This document shows positions 1 to 12,740 of a stretch of 64,000 nt of DNA, piece after piece; position 1 is the stretch's first letter, and the number at the start of each line of letters is the position of its first letter. The stretch is from Batkoa obscura (Eukaryota), in NCBI GenBank assembly GCA_030770535.1, contig JASVEC010000025.1, positions 248,001 to 312,000 on the forward strand, in the 5' to 3' direction. The position numbers were made by a program, and so were the translations under genes. The notes under the pieces were generated by a model. That model had not been told where the DNA came from, did not search any database, and saw only the letters and a program-made list of their open reading frames with translations.

Positions 1-1
1 A

Positions 2-364
2 ATAGCTCATTATGTAAAAGAAATCGAACAATTTGATCATTTATCGTTAAACCCAACTAATTTTATAACGAACAAATCATTTTTGTCTCGCTTACATAAA
101 GTTATTCAGAAGAATGTATTACTGGATGAGAGTTTAAAAAACTATGCTAGTTTTCAAAAAGAAGGCTGGATTCATATTAACGATGAAAGAAATCCAGCTC
201 CTTTTGGTAGAATTGCTGACACTGAAGATATCATTGGCAGTGTTTTGATTAAAGATTGTACGATTTTGCCAGATACTTATCAACCTATGCCAAGTTACCG
301 CTTATTTACTAAATCTCATGGGTTAATTCAATTGGCAGATTGCTATAAAAAGGAATTAATTTAG
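2..364 (+). CDS. 3' part of a conserved fungal hypothetical protein (5' end outside window)
   Basis: Frame is open from position 2 to TAG at 362-364. The motif GWIHINDERNPAPFGRIADTEDIIGSV...TYQPMPSYRL resembles an uncharacterised fungal family I recall; function unknown. Confidence 0.65.
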   Translation: MAHYVKEIEQFDHLSLNPTNFITNKSFLSRLHKVIQKNVLLDESLKNYASFQKEGWIHINDERNPAPFGRIADTEDIIGSVLIKDCTILPDTYQPMPSYRLFTKSHGLIQLADCYKKELI

Positions 365-1912
365 TTTATATAGAGGATATAAATAGTATACAGTATCAAT
401 TTTATTTTTTTTATTTTTATTTTTATTTTCAGTTTGCCTATTTTAGAAGTCAATCCCATAAGCTCTATATTTTCAATTATATTCCGGGATTGCTTAAAAT
501 TGTTAGCGGTGATTTGATGATTTCTTTATCATTCAATTTTTTTTCCTATTTAAATGAGTTAAATTACTTACTCAACTTGAATAGTTAAATTATAAAAAAA
601 ATAGAGCAAACGTTTAAATTAGTTTGAGGTTGCTTGTCACTATATATTTTATATAGGAATGGCCTGTTACCATATATGATTTTTACATTTCTCAAAATAA
701 ATTATAACAAATTTTACATATTGAAGTTAATTCTTTATTATTTATAAAGTTTTAATATAACATTTGATTTCTTTTTGTTTTTTGTAAGGTTTCGGTGCAT
801 TTTTAACTAACTATGGCCTCATTATTTGCTTTCTAATAACTAATATTGTATTTGAAATTCAGCAATTTTTATAGTTTTATAAAACAACTCGTTAATCAAT
901 ACTACTGTCTTTCAACGCTTTTAATATGTAGCTCACTTAAATTAAAATATAGCAATTAAGTTTCTTATTTTATACAAGCTAATAAAATATTTGAGTAATA
1001 TATTATATCATATTCTTGTCCATTTCCGTGAGAGAGTAGTATCTATTGAAAATATCCCGCTCTATGAAAAAACGACTTATCTTTAAACTTTCTTTTTAAT
1101 AAAAATCGAGAGACTTATATTATAAGTGTAACTATCAAAACCTTAATATATTTTTGTTTTAATGTTGGCTCTTATGGTTTTCCATCTCTTATTTTGTCCA
1201 TTTGTTTGTTTACTTTTAGAAATGATGCACCATCAGCTTGTAATTTTATATTTTAAAAAATAAAATTTTCAACTTGAAATGAGTGGCTTCGTCTTATAAT
1301 AAATCTTACCATCACGCTAAGTAATTAATAAAATAAGACAGTAAGGGAGACATAGTATTTTAATTTGGATGTTTATTGAACTTTGTTATACTAAATTGAA
1401 GGCATATACGAATGTTTATTATTTTGAACATATTAAATTTGACTTTAAAAAAATTGCTCAACTTTAAAAATAAGCACATTTAAATTGGCTCTTCACTTAA
1501 AAATCGATTTAATTCCGAATTTAATTTTTTTCACTATTTGTAATTGCTCTATCTATAAATTTAATTGTCCTTGTTAAATACTGTAAACTTTGTTCGATCA
1601 TATATATATCGTGAGTGTGTTTAAGTAATAAAATAGTAATATAAATCTTTATTAATGACTATATAATTTATAAATATCGATTTCTTCTTTTAAAACTTAA
1701 TATCGTTAATACACAGTTTGATTTAGATGATTTAAGAATAGAATAAAGTCTATTTAGTTGAGCCTATGCTCAACCAAGCGGATTTTGTTTTAAAACAATC
1801 AGCTCTATAAATCATTAGTACCATGGTGATGTTCGTGAAACAATCAATATTTAAACAAAAATTCCCATTAAACAATATTGTTTTCTTTCCTTTTACTTTA
1901 CTTTGTTTTTAA

Positions 1913-2815
1913 ATGATCAACGAGAATCCTTTTGGTAATGTGTCAGCAGCTATTGGTATAGTGTCCACAATCACCAATATCATACTTATTTATATAGCAA
2001 CAAAGATAAATGAGCCTAAAAGAGATTTAAAATTAGTAATATTAATAGCAATCATTGAACTTATGTCACCATTTATTTCAATATCTGATGTAATTGCTAC
2101 AGCAATGAGAGAAGAAGATGCAGTTAATGATCCTAAATTATGCCAATATTTAGGTTTCTTTACAGTATTATTGATCTTATGTCAGTTTATTGCTTCTGCT
2201 TTCCTAGCATTGGAAAGGTTGAATATTATCGCTAAAATTAATTATATTAAGTACATGATTGTACCAGGGGTTTTGTCCTTAGCGTTTCACTTAATAATGA
2301 CAATATACTTAGCTATTAACTTCGAATTCCTTCCACAAACTGCAAAGTTAGTATGCTCAATATATCCTAAAACTTCAGTAATATCAAGCATAGTATTTCA
2401 TCATTTTATTTTGATTTCATTTGTAAGCATAATAATAATAATTGTATGCTATCTGAAGTTAGCCTTTTACTTAAGCAATTATTCCCAATTTTTAACAATT
2501 GATATTTCAGAATCGAACTTTGACGTAGCAAAAAGGCACAAACAAAGGGCCTCGTCAAAAATTCATTACGCAGTCTCTCTCTATTCCATCTGCATGTTTT
2601 TAGGACTTATTTCTAATGTACTTGATTCAACCTTTAATCATTTACAGATTCACTTCAATCTACAATATATTTTTGGCACAACTGCTACTATCTTGATCGT
2701 TCTGGGTTTCTTTTTTAACTCTATTTTAGTGCTTACAACACATACTCTGGTTAACCATGAGCTTATATCAAGGTGGAAGAGACTTTGTGATAAAATTTTA
2801 AATCTTTATAAATAA
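1913..2815 (+). CDS. Intronless 7TM class A (rhodopsin-like) GPCR-like protein, copy 1
   Basis: 300-aa ORF with seven hydrophobic segments. TM1 Asn, TM3 Cys (LCQYLGF), ERY-like LALERL, ECL2 Cys (KLVC), TM5 CY, TM7 NSILVL. Confidence 0.8.
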   Translation: MINENPFGNVSAAIGIVSTITNIILIYIATKINEPKRDLKLVILIAIIELMSPFISISDVIATAMREEDAVNDPKLCQYLGFFTVLLILCQFIASAFLALERLNIIAKINYIKYMIVPGVLSLAFHLIMTIYLAINFEFLPQTAKLVCSIYPKTSVISSIVFHHFILISFVSIIIIIVCYLKLAFYLSNYSQFLTIDISESNFDVAKRHKQRASSKIHYAVSLYSICMFLGLISNVLDSTFNHLQIHFNLQYIFGTTATILIVLGFFFNSILVLTTHTLVNHELISRWKRLCDKILNLYK

Positions 2816-3597
2816 AACCAATTAAATAGTAAGAGGCGATGGGTTTTAAAGTATATGATAATTATAGCAGTAGTGATATATTAAAAATAAGGTAAACCTG
2901 ACACAATTTTATTTTCAATTTCTCTGGTATCAATTATAGTGGTGAACATAAATTTGGTTTTATCAGCCACTGTACAATTTATTCTATTTATAAAAATATA
3001 TATTATATTTTCTCTCAGTTTTTTTGTAATTAGAAGCCAGGATACTTATATCATCAGTATAATCATGAAAACCTTATTACATTTTATTTCGATGCTCTCT
3101 CTCCTCATGGTTGTATTATTCCTTATATGATTTATTTTAGTTTGTTCATTTACCCACTATATTGATTTTAATGAAATATTGTCAACTTAAAGTTTGATAT
3201 CTTAAAAATTAATGAGTTCACTAAGAAAGAAACCTTACTATCTCAAAAAACAGCATGCATGGAGAAAGTAATAGAGTAGGAAGTAAAATAAATAAACAAT
3301 AGTTCAAGTGGTTGGTGTTTATTAAGATTTATTAATCTGAGCTGAAGCTACATACAGCTATTTATGATATTTGAAGATATTATATATGCTTTTAAAAGGA
3401 TTGTTCTAATTTAAAAATAACCATAGTTGGATTAGCTTTTCCCTTATAACCTGTTTCATTTTGAAAAGAACTTTTTTGCTCAATCGTAGTTTTTGGTTTT
3501 TTAATAAATGTAGTTATTTTTATCAATATTTCATATGTGTAATTACCTTTATTAAAACCTCATAAGCATTATCCTATCGTTACAATATATAAATATG

Positions 3598-3660
3598 TCA
3601 TAGTTAATAAATAAATATATTACAGTTAATAAATAAATATATCATAGTTAATAAATAAAT
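3598..3660. repeat. Short tandem repeat, ~3 x 22-23 bp (tcatagttaataaataaatata)
   Basis: Directly visible. Confidence 0.7.
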
Positions 3661-3912
3661 AAAAACAGTTGGCTATATTATAAATATTATAATACTAAAG
3701 TTCTAATTTTATAAATATTTTAGCTTATCATTTCAAAACACAATATCTCTAAATACGATTTGACCTAAGTGACTTAAGAATAAAACAATTAGTTTAATAC
3801 AATATTGGTACGATGGTGGGATCCATACAAATGACAGGTATTTAAGCATAAATAGCCATCAAATAGCAATTTCTCTTTTACTTTGCATTATTTTATGTCA
3901 TTAAATTTTAAA

Positions 3913-4813
3913 ATGATCAATGAAAACCCCTATGGCAATACATCAGGACCTGTTGGCGTAGTATCTATAATTGGAAATATCATTCTTCTATATACAGCAA
4001 CAAAGATAAATGAGCCTAAAAGAGATTTAAAATTAGTAATATTAATAGCAATCATTGAACTTATGTCGCCATTTATTTCAATATCTGATGTAATTGCTAC
4101 AGCAATGAGAGAAAAAGATGCAGTTAATGATCCTAAATTATGCCAATATTTAGGTTTCTTTACAGTATTATTGATCTTATGTCAGTTTATTGCTTCTGCT
4201 TTCCTGGCATCGGGAGAAGCTAAATATTGCCACTGCAATTAATTGTGTTAAATATATAATCATACCGGCAAACCTTATCATCAGTGTTTTATTTATTGAT
4301 GACAATGTATCCAGCAATTAGTTATGAATTTCTTCTACAAACTGCAAAGTTTGTGTATTCAATATATCCTAAAACTTCAGTGGTATCAAATATAGCGTTT
4401 TGCCATTTTATTATCATCTCATTTATAAGCTTGAGGATAATAATGATTTGCTATATAAAGTTAAGCTTTTATCTAAGCAACTACCCCAGTTTTTAACTAT
4501 TAATGTTTCAGAATCAAATCTTGACGTGGCAAAAAAAATCAAACGAAGAGCCTCGTTAAGAATTTATTTTACTGTTTCCCTTTACTCTATTTGTATGTTT
4601 TTAGGGCTTACCTTTTATTTACTTGATTCGACACTTGATTACTCACAAACTTATTCCAATTTGCAATATGCATTTGGTATCTTTGCTACCATTTTAATCG
4701 CTTTGGGTTTCTTGTGTAATTCTATTTTAGTGCTTACAACGCATGTTTTGGTAAATCAAGAGCTTGTGTCAGGATGGAATAGAATCTGTGGTAAAATTCA
4801 AAGTTTCTTTTAA
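3913..4813 (+). pseudogene. GPCR-like 7TM copy 2, frameshifted
   Basis: Colinear with copy 1 from ATG 3913 to TAA 4811-4813. Frameshifts at ~4213 (+1, cggg), ~4271 (+1, caaa) and ~4485 (-1, cccc) explain the three ORF fragments. Confidence 0.8.
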
Positions 4814-5606
4814 TAAAAACAATTTACACAATAAGAGGAATTGAAAATTCAAAGTTTACAATTTAACACAAGCACCAATAAGTAACAAGGGACAATTTGG
4901 GCCTCCTATAATTTTATTCTCTACTTTTTAACATCAATAATGGTATTGAGCAAAACGAATCTTGAGTTTATCATTTTTTTGCTTTGTAATTTATTAAATA
5001 TTGGCAAATAACCAAAGAAGTAGCGAAAATGAGCTTGGTGTTACCTATCAGTATACTTATACATTAGCCCATTGTAAGAAAAAGATTTATGTAATTAGCT
5101 TTTTCATAAATAAAAACTGAAATGCTTATATTGTTAGAATAATTGAGAAACCCTTATTATGTTTTTATTTTTATGCTTTCTCTTATGCTTTTGGTATCCT
5201 CTAATCTTTCCATTTATTTGATCATTATCATTAATCGAAGTGAAGCACCACTAACTTAAAAATTGAATCTACAGTTTGAAGAGATAGGTTGTTTTTCACA
5301 ACAAATGAATTTCATTCTAAAAATCGACTTTATTATCTTATAAAAGAAGTATACTCTGAGATAGTAAAAAAAGCAAGGCAGCAAGATAAATAAAGAAAGC
5401 CCTAAACTAAATCTTGCTAAAGTTTGTAAAATCAATTGAGATTAAGTATAAATATTTATTACTTTAAGCATATCAGATTCAACTTAAATAGTTGTTCTGA
5501 CCTCATGGTGTACAGTTAATTTTATTTTTGGCTTTAAAAGTACAGCTGTTCCAACTCTTGTGAAGCAAATAGCGATAATTTTTGTAGTTAAATTATTTGC
5601 CTAAAT

Positions 5607-5692
5607 GGGATGTTTTTTTTGGTTTCATTACTTTTTCCATTTTCTAAGCGCTATTTTAGTGGAAAAATTGTTAGACAAAAAAATACATCCTC
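5607..5692 (-). mobile_element. 98-bp MITE family copy, internally deleted
   Basis: gggatgtttttttt...aaaaaaatacatcctc with the shared core ttccattttctaagcgctattt. Confidence 0.75.
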
Positions 5693-7360
5693 AAGTGCTT
5701 CGTTTAAGGCTTAATCCTGGCATTTTGGCAAAATTTATACATAAATCTTACTTTTAAATCAATGAATAAACTTTTTACAAAATAGTTGGAATAACTGTAA
5801 GCAAGCTTTTATCTCTCTTGAAATGGTGAGGTGCCAAGTATTTTATTAGGCAAAATGAAAATTAAATACCTAAGTTAGAGAACTTAAGGGCAGAGCTATT
5901 ATGAGGAGATATCTGGTAAGGTAGGAGTCGAGTCTAAAAATTGCTTACTTTTAAAAAAAATTAGAGAGGCAAAGTTACATCTATTTCACTTCTGCTCTTC
6001 AGGTATATACACATATAATGACAAGCACATTCTTTAAATAGTTCAATTTCTGATTGTTATCAATTAAAGATTTTTTGATAAAAGGTTGTTTCAAAAGTAA
6101 TCATAGTTTTTTTGACAAAATCACTGTGGGGTAGCAGTTTGCAGCATTTAATTATTTTTGGTCAAAAGTAGTTTTTGTCTTTAAAAATAAAAAATACGAG
6201 TGTTGTGACCAATAAATTCTCCATGTTTCAATCTAAGTATACAATCGTTTTTACAATGGCTTTATAGCTTTGGATTGACTTTATATTGGTAGTACAGCTG
6301 GTTTACAAATCAAAAATAAAGCAGTATTTTTAAAATCAGCTATTTGGTTGGTTGATTTTTTTTGCTGCTTAAAAAATCAACGATTTGGATTAGTTTATCC
6401 TGCTAAACTAAAAGATTATTTAAAAATAAGTTTAATCTGGTGTACTACCATTTTGATTATTATTATTACTGGTAATATCTTTTTCTTATATTGATGATGT
6501 TCAATTTTAAATATTTAAAGGCGTTTTAAAATAGTAGAAAGCTAAAATGTGAGAATTTTTGATTTTCACATTTTAAATTTGATAATATAAAAACAATTTA
6601 TCAGTAAGATTAAGGTAAGTTAGTAAGAAAATCTAGTTTAAATCAGTTTACAAACTATATTTTATTAAAATGTGGCAAAAGCTATTATTAAAAATTTTAG
6701 CCGAATTCTACTAGAATTTCGGCCTAATTTTATTAAACTGTTTTTTATTTTTAATTTGAGGTGAGTCAGCTGCAAGTGAAAATTAAACTAAAGTTTAATT
6801 TTTTGGCTTATTTTTTCAAAAGTTTTGTAATTGGATAAGCCTCAGCTAAAAATGAACCAGTTTGAAAGGGACCATGTCTAGGCAAGTTTAAAATGGCGCC
6901 TAAAAAAATGGAGCAAAGCCCCAGAAATTATATCAAATGGTTAAAAATAAGCACAACTAAATTAGCTATTCACTTATAAATTAATTTAATTCCGAGTGTA
7001 AATTTCTTTCTATCATTTACAATGTTTATCTTTCCTACAAACTTAATTATCTAATAAAGTGTTCTATAACTTCTATTTTGTTTTTGTGATGTATAATGCC
7101 TTGGTTCCAATTGAGTACTATAATGATAATAGATAGGTTTTTTATTAGGTAGTATATAGATTTTAGTATGTTAATACTTTAATTTCTTTTTAGAAGACTT
7201 ATCATCACTAATGCAGAATTTGATCTAAATGATTTGAGAATAAATGATTAATTTCATAAATCATTAGTACCATGTTAATGCTCGTGAAAGCAATAACTAT
7301 TTAAAAAAAAGCTCATTTAATAATATTATTTTCTCTTGCTCTAACTTACTATATTTTTAA

Positions 7361-8248
7361 ATGATAAATGAAAATCTCTATGGCAATATATCAGCACCGG
7401 TTGGCGTGGTGTCTATAATAACCAATATCATCCTTCTTTATTTAGCAAAAAAGATAAATGAACCTACACGAGATTTGAAATTAGTTATGTTAATAGCATC
7501 TATTGAACTTTTGGCCCCTTTGGTATCGATATCTGATATAGCAGCTACATTAATAAGAGGCGACGATGCAGTTAATGATCCTAAATTATGCCAATATTTA
7601 GGCTTCTTTACAGTCTTATTGATCTTATGCCAGTTTATTGCTTCTGCTTTCCTAGCATTGGAAAGGTTAAACATTATTGTTAAAATTAGATATGTGAGAT
7701 ATATATTTATATCAGGAATTTTGTCATTAGCATTTCATCTAATGATCACAATTTTTTTAGCTATTGATTATGAATTTCTTCCACAAACTGCAAAGTTAGT
7801 TTGTTTGGTATATCCTGAAACTTCATTGATCTCAAGTATAGCGTTTTACCATTTTATCACAATTTCATTTACAAGTTTAATAATAATAATAACTTGTTAT
7901 ATAAAGTTAGGCTATTATCTAAGCGACTACACTAAATTTTTAACCATTGATAATGCAGAGCCAAACTTTGATGGGGCAAAAAAAATCAAACGAAGAGCCT
8001 CGTTAAGAATTTATTTTACTGTTTCCCTTTACTCTATTTGTATGTTTTTAGGGCTTACCTTTTATTTACTTGATTCGACACTTGATTACTCACAAACTTA
8101 TTCCAATTTGCAATATGCATTTGGTATCTTTGCTACCATTTTAATCGCTTTGGGTTTCTTGTGTAACTCTATTTTGGTACTTACAACACATACTCTGATA
8201 AATCAAGAACTTCTATTAGGGTGGAAGAGATTGCGCAATAAATTTTAA
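7361..8248 (+). CDS. Intronless 7TM GPCR-like protein, copy 3
   Basis: 295-aa paralog with the same motifs (DPKLCQYLGFF, LALERL, ITCY, NSILVLTTH). Confidence 0.8.
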   Translation: MINENLYGNISAPVGVVSIITNIILLYLAKKINEPTRDLKLVMLIASIELLAPLVSISDIAATLIRGDDAVNDPKLCQYLGFFTVLLILCQFIASAFLALERLNIIVKIRYVRYIFISGILSLAFHLMITIFLAIDYEFLPQTAKLVCLVYPETSLISSIAFYHFITISFTSLIIIITCYIKLGYYLSDYTKFLTIDNAEPNFDGAKKIKRRASLRIYFTVSLYSICMFLGLTFYLLDSTLDYSQTYSNLQYAFGIFATILIALGFLCNSILVLTTHTLINQELLLGWKRLRNKF

Positions 8249-8603
8249 CCCTATTTTAAAAAGAATTGACACAATAAGCAACTTTGTATTTCAATATATA
8301 TAATAACAATAACAGTAACACTAAATAAATGTAATTTATTAATCCTGTTGTATCTTTATTTCTACATTTTTTAATACCAATTATAATATCAAATAAAATA
8401 AAATTCATATCTATCGCTTTTTTGTTTTATAGTTTATTGAATGTTAGCAAGTATAAAAAGAAGTAGCAAAAACGAGCTTGGTGTTATTTGTCACTATAGT
8501 TATAAATTAACTTTGTAAAAAAATGAATTATGTATTTAATTTTTTTTAATAATCAAAAATCAAAAATCAAAAATTTATATCAAAATAATTACAAATGATA
8601 TTT

Positions 8604-8702
8604 TGGGATGTATTTTTTTGTTTAAGAATTTTACTAACAACTTTTCCGCTCAAATAGCGCTTAAAAAATGGAAAAAGTGATGAAATCAAAAAAAACATCC
8701 CC
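8604..8702 (+). mobile_element. 98-bp MITE family copy
   Basis: gggatgtatttttttg...caaatagcgcttaaaaaatgg...aaaaacatcccc, with terminal inverted repeats. Confidence 0.85.
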
Positions 8703-8782
8703 ATATATTAAAAAGACCAGTTTTCCAGTTTTTTTAAAACTTTAACTAAGATAAAAATAAAAAAATTAAGTTATTTGGTTTT

Positions 8783-9202
8783 TGTGAAAATTGATGCTCA
8801 ATGGTCGGAGTTAAAAGCTACTCTTGGTTGATTAACTTACTTTGAGTCGAACGGTCTTAGTTTATATAACTAAGATAGATTTAATACTATATAATCTATG
8901 TAAGATGTTGTCAGAAAGACTTAGTGACTTTATTAATGATACGTTATCAGAGAGTAATTCAATTAAAAAGCCTCGAGTTATCATGTTGAAGAATCTCTTT
9001 TATACTCCAACTGGGTGGCTATATATAAGGAACATTATAACAGTTATTCCTTATTATAGTTGCCAAGTATGGACATTAAAACGCGGGCAATAAGTTCTTC
9101 ATGATCAGGTGGTAGCAATTCTCACAGTAAATCTATATAAGGAACTCAGAATTGATTATTATATTATAATCAATCCTAGAGCTAATGAAGCGATATTTCA
9201 CA
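8783..9202 (+). mobile_element. TGT...ACA-bounded repeat unit (solo-LTR-like), copy A, with ~60-bp internal deletion
   Basis: Starts tgtgaaa, ends tttcaca, flanked by tttt on both sides. The last ~310 bp are identical to 12912-13221. Confidence 0.7.
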
Positions 9203-9365
9203 TTTTCTATACTAAAGTGAGGCAGGTTATAAAATATTTTTTTTAAATGATTTTTTTCTCTATTGATATTACATTAAACTTCATAAAGTAAATATTTATT
9301 TTCTCTGTCTTAGGTTTCTTAAATTTATCAATAATTTCAAATGTTATTTTTTACTTCTTGTGTAA

Positions 9366-10678
9366 TTAATTTTTTTTAAAATTAGATATAGATGATTTTG
9401 GTGATAATGAAGTTTTATTGATGTTTACAAAAATAAAATTATTTAACAAAGTGGAGCTAATTTCTACTTTACAGTTTTGATTATTACTATTAATATAATT
9501 CGTTTCATATCCGCTAAAGTATATTATTTCATTTTTTGAATAGAACGAGTTAATTATAATTAAACAAGTTAAATTCATACTTTCATATTCTACAATATCT
9601 CCAACCCAACAACTTATTTTGTTATATGTTATTTGGGGGGGGGGGGTTTGGAACAAATAATGAGTGCGCTACTTTTTACCTTGTGGTAATGATAAGAAAC
9701 TATTACTGTAATCAGGAATCGAACTTATATAAATAAGTCTTTTTCAACATCGCCAATAGTAGTAACTCTTTTTGATACAGCGATTGTAAGGATACCATTA
9801 GTTTCATTTTTTTTGTATGCTATTATTACTGTGGAGAGATGATAGTTTAAAATTACTGCCGCTTAATATGGTTTTTTTATGTATGGGCAAGTAATAATCT
9901 CAAAGCTACTAAAAACCTACCAGTTAAATTTTGGGTAGTTTTGTCCTCACTATCATTTGTAAATACGCTTAATATTAGATGCAGTGATGATTCGAAAAGA
10001 AAATATCTATTTTTAACTACTTCAGTGATGACTCTTTCAACTAATTGTTCATCACTATCAGAATTAACAAGATCAACTGCAACTATAAAGTTTAACGATA
10101 AAATTTAGTATTTATATATTTCTAATTTTATTTGCCTTCACTAAGATTATTAATAAATTCTAATGAATACTTACGCATTCTTTCATTATTGTTTGTGAAA
10201 TTACCTGTATTTTCATTTTCAATATAATTTTCTTCGTTACTCAAATTTCTTTCATTTACAATTTCCATGTTGTTTACTTCATTTTCAATATTATTTAATT
10301 CATCTGCTATAACAATACCACTATGAAAATAAATACTAATCTTATAGAGTGATTGTTTTTTAATATTTTAGTACCCTTAATTGTTGATATATTCATTATC
10401 TTGATAGTTATTAACTTCGTTGGTATTTTCTTGGCTATTGGCTTTATTATTAAAATTATTTGATATGAACTAATACTGGCGTGTTTTTGCTTTTTCTATG
10501 ATCATCAATTAATATTTTCAGTTTATTTTATTTTACCTTTAGAATGTTTATCATCCCAATGCCTTTGTAAGGATCCTGTGGTTTTGTACCTTTTATTACA
10601 TAAGTTATATGGACATATGATATCATTTTTATTTTGGGCTTCATTGGAATTATTATTATTAGTATTATAGTCTTCCAT
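9366..10678 (-). pseudogene. Decayed multi-exon gene with N-terminal C2H2 zinc finger, possibly a DNA transposase relic
   Basis: ATG 10678 reads MEDYNTNNNNSNEAQNKNDIICPYNLCNKRYKTTGSLQRHWDDKHSK then a GT donor. Downstream acidic exon pieces and broken frames end in the 9366-9656 ORF (CWVGDIVEY). Confidence 0.5.
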
Positions 10679-10773
10679 TGTATTGAATGTGTATTAATTG
10701 AAATTAAAAGGTTAATTTATATATAATATTGTCAACTAAAAATCTTTACTTTGGACGCTTTCTTATTTTATAA

Positions 10774-10867
10774 GTATTTTTTTATTTAAAATATTTTACT
10801 AACAATCTTTCTACTCAAACAATGCTTAAAAAATGGAAAAAGTGATGAAACCTAAAAAAACATCCTC
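10774..10867 (+). mobile_element. 98-bp MITE family copy, 5' end eroded
   Basis: ttttactaacaatctttctactcaaacaatgcttaaaaaatggaaaaagtgatgaaacc...catcctc followed by atat. Confidence 0.75.
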
Positions 10868-11815
10868 ATATAAAATATTAGTAAGTAAAATATTTTAAAG
10901 TTGAAGATAAGACAATTTATTTATTGATAAAATTATTAATTAAAGTAATAGGATAGCTTACCGATGCTAGAAGCTTCAGGGAGACACTGATAAATTTTAT
11001 AAAAATTATCAGCTTAAACTAAACTAATCAATATCTAACCCTATATAAAATAACGATTGGCTAAGTAGCTTTATAATCTATCAAATTAAATTTGTTATAT
11101 ATGTTTTACCTATTTAAAACAACTATAAAGTGTTCCAATTATCTACCATTTCATATCAGCCAATAATATAATATTGGCAGTTTTGCCTAAATAAAAAACT
11201 TTTTGAAATGTTACCTATATATAGATACTGTAGAAATTTGACCTGAGTTCCATAAAAAGCGGCAAAAAATGTGCAAGTGATAAAACCAACTGTGCTTGCT
11301 GGAATTTAGTCATCAAGCAGTTTGCTGATTAACCAATCATAGATTTGTTGCTAATTTTTTTTAAATAAATAATTCCCACAAAGTAAATAATAATAAAATA
11401 TTTTGGTTTATGTAAAAAAAAGAAAAATATATATATTTAACAAATGTCAATTGAAAATTGTTGTTAATTTGACATGATTTTCGCCACTAGTTAGCTGTAG
11501 AGTTTAGATGACTAACCATTTAAGTGTCGTATTGCGATTATTCTTTCAAAGTAATTTAATAACCTTTAAATTTAACATTGCATTACTATAATCAATAATA
11601 TGATAAAAATTTATTTAGCTATTAAAGTTATATTTATCCCTGAATTGTGGGGGTTAGGTTCGGGAGCTGTTAAGCAGTGGCCCTCTTTTAGTAACAAACG
11701 ATTAATTTTCTATAACACACAGCTGCTGTAACTTTATTCAGCTTAATTACACTTTTTTCTAAAATATTTAAAGCAAAAAAATGTATAAAAGCTAATTAAA
11801 ATTTAAAAAAATAAT

Positions 11816-12311
11816 TGTGAAATATTGGTTTATCAGCTCTCGGATTAATTATAAGATAATAATCATTTAACTTGTTTACAAAACTAGTTGTAGTCTTGTA
11901 ATCAATTTGATCGCGAATCATGTGGTATAATCAATCCAGAGTTCCTTGTTTTGATTTGCTGTGAGAATTTCTAACCTTACACCACAAAGAATACTATCCT
12001 CTCGTTTTAATATCCATACTTGTTGGAGTATAAAAGAGATTCTTCAACATGATAACTCGAGGCTTTTTAATTGAATTACTCTCTGATAACGTATCATTAA
12101 TAAAGTCACTAAGTCTTTCTGACAACATCTTACATAGATTTTACAGTAGTATCTTCTATTCTATTTGTTTTACATAGTTCGTAACTTATTACGTATTATT
12201 CTTATTCATTTAAGTCTATCTTAGTTATATAAACTAAGACCGTTCGACTCAAAGCAAGTTAATTAAGCAAGAGTAGCTTTTAACTCCGACCACTGAGTAC
12301 CAACTTTCATG
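11816..12311 (-). mobile_element. TGT...ACA repeat unit, copy B (inverted)
   Basis: Reverse complement of the unit. 12022-12306 is the exact reverse complement of 12746-13030. Confidence 0.75.
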
Positions 12312-12740
12312 ATTATAATAAGATTTAATCTTTTGAAGTTTGATTTTATATTAGATTTGGATAATATAAGCTCAAAGTTTTTTTTAACTTTTAGATAAAC
12401 TATTATAATTATTATATAACTTATGTTTTAGCAAAAACTATATGTTTTTAATTAAATTTAAGTCAAATAACTATAAAAGCTATAGCATTATTTAAAAATT
12501 TTAATTTTTTAGCTATCTTTTTATTATAGTCAAAATATGCTTTAAATTATTGTTAGTGTGCTAAAGTATAATTTTAGTTGAAATAAAGCTATAATTGTTA
12601 ATAGTAGCTTTTAAATTGTTTTACAAAATAAATAAATATACTTATTTTTTTATTAATACACATAATATAGCTAACTTTAAAATAATATAATATAAGACTA
12701 AATTATAACATTTTTACTATTATGCTTTATTATTTGCTTA

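Noticed and set aside
1913..2815. Opsin interpretation of the 7TM proteins
   Set aside because: No retinal-binding Lys in the predicted TM7.
6700..6723. Imperfect palindrome gccgaattcta-c-tagaatttcggc
   Set aside because: Single short instance without clear element boundaries.
8842..9093. ORFs 8842-9093 and 12924-13112 with identical peptides
   Set aside because: They lie inside the repeat unit, and copies B and D diverge after YTP, so they are probably not genes.
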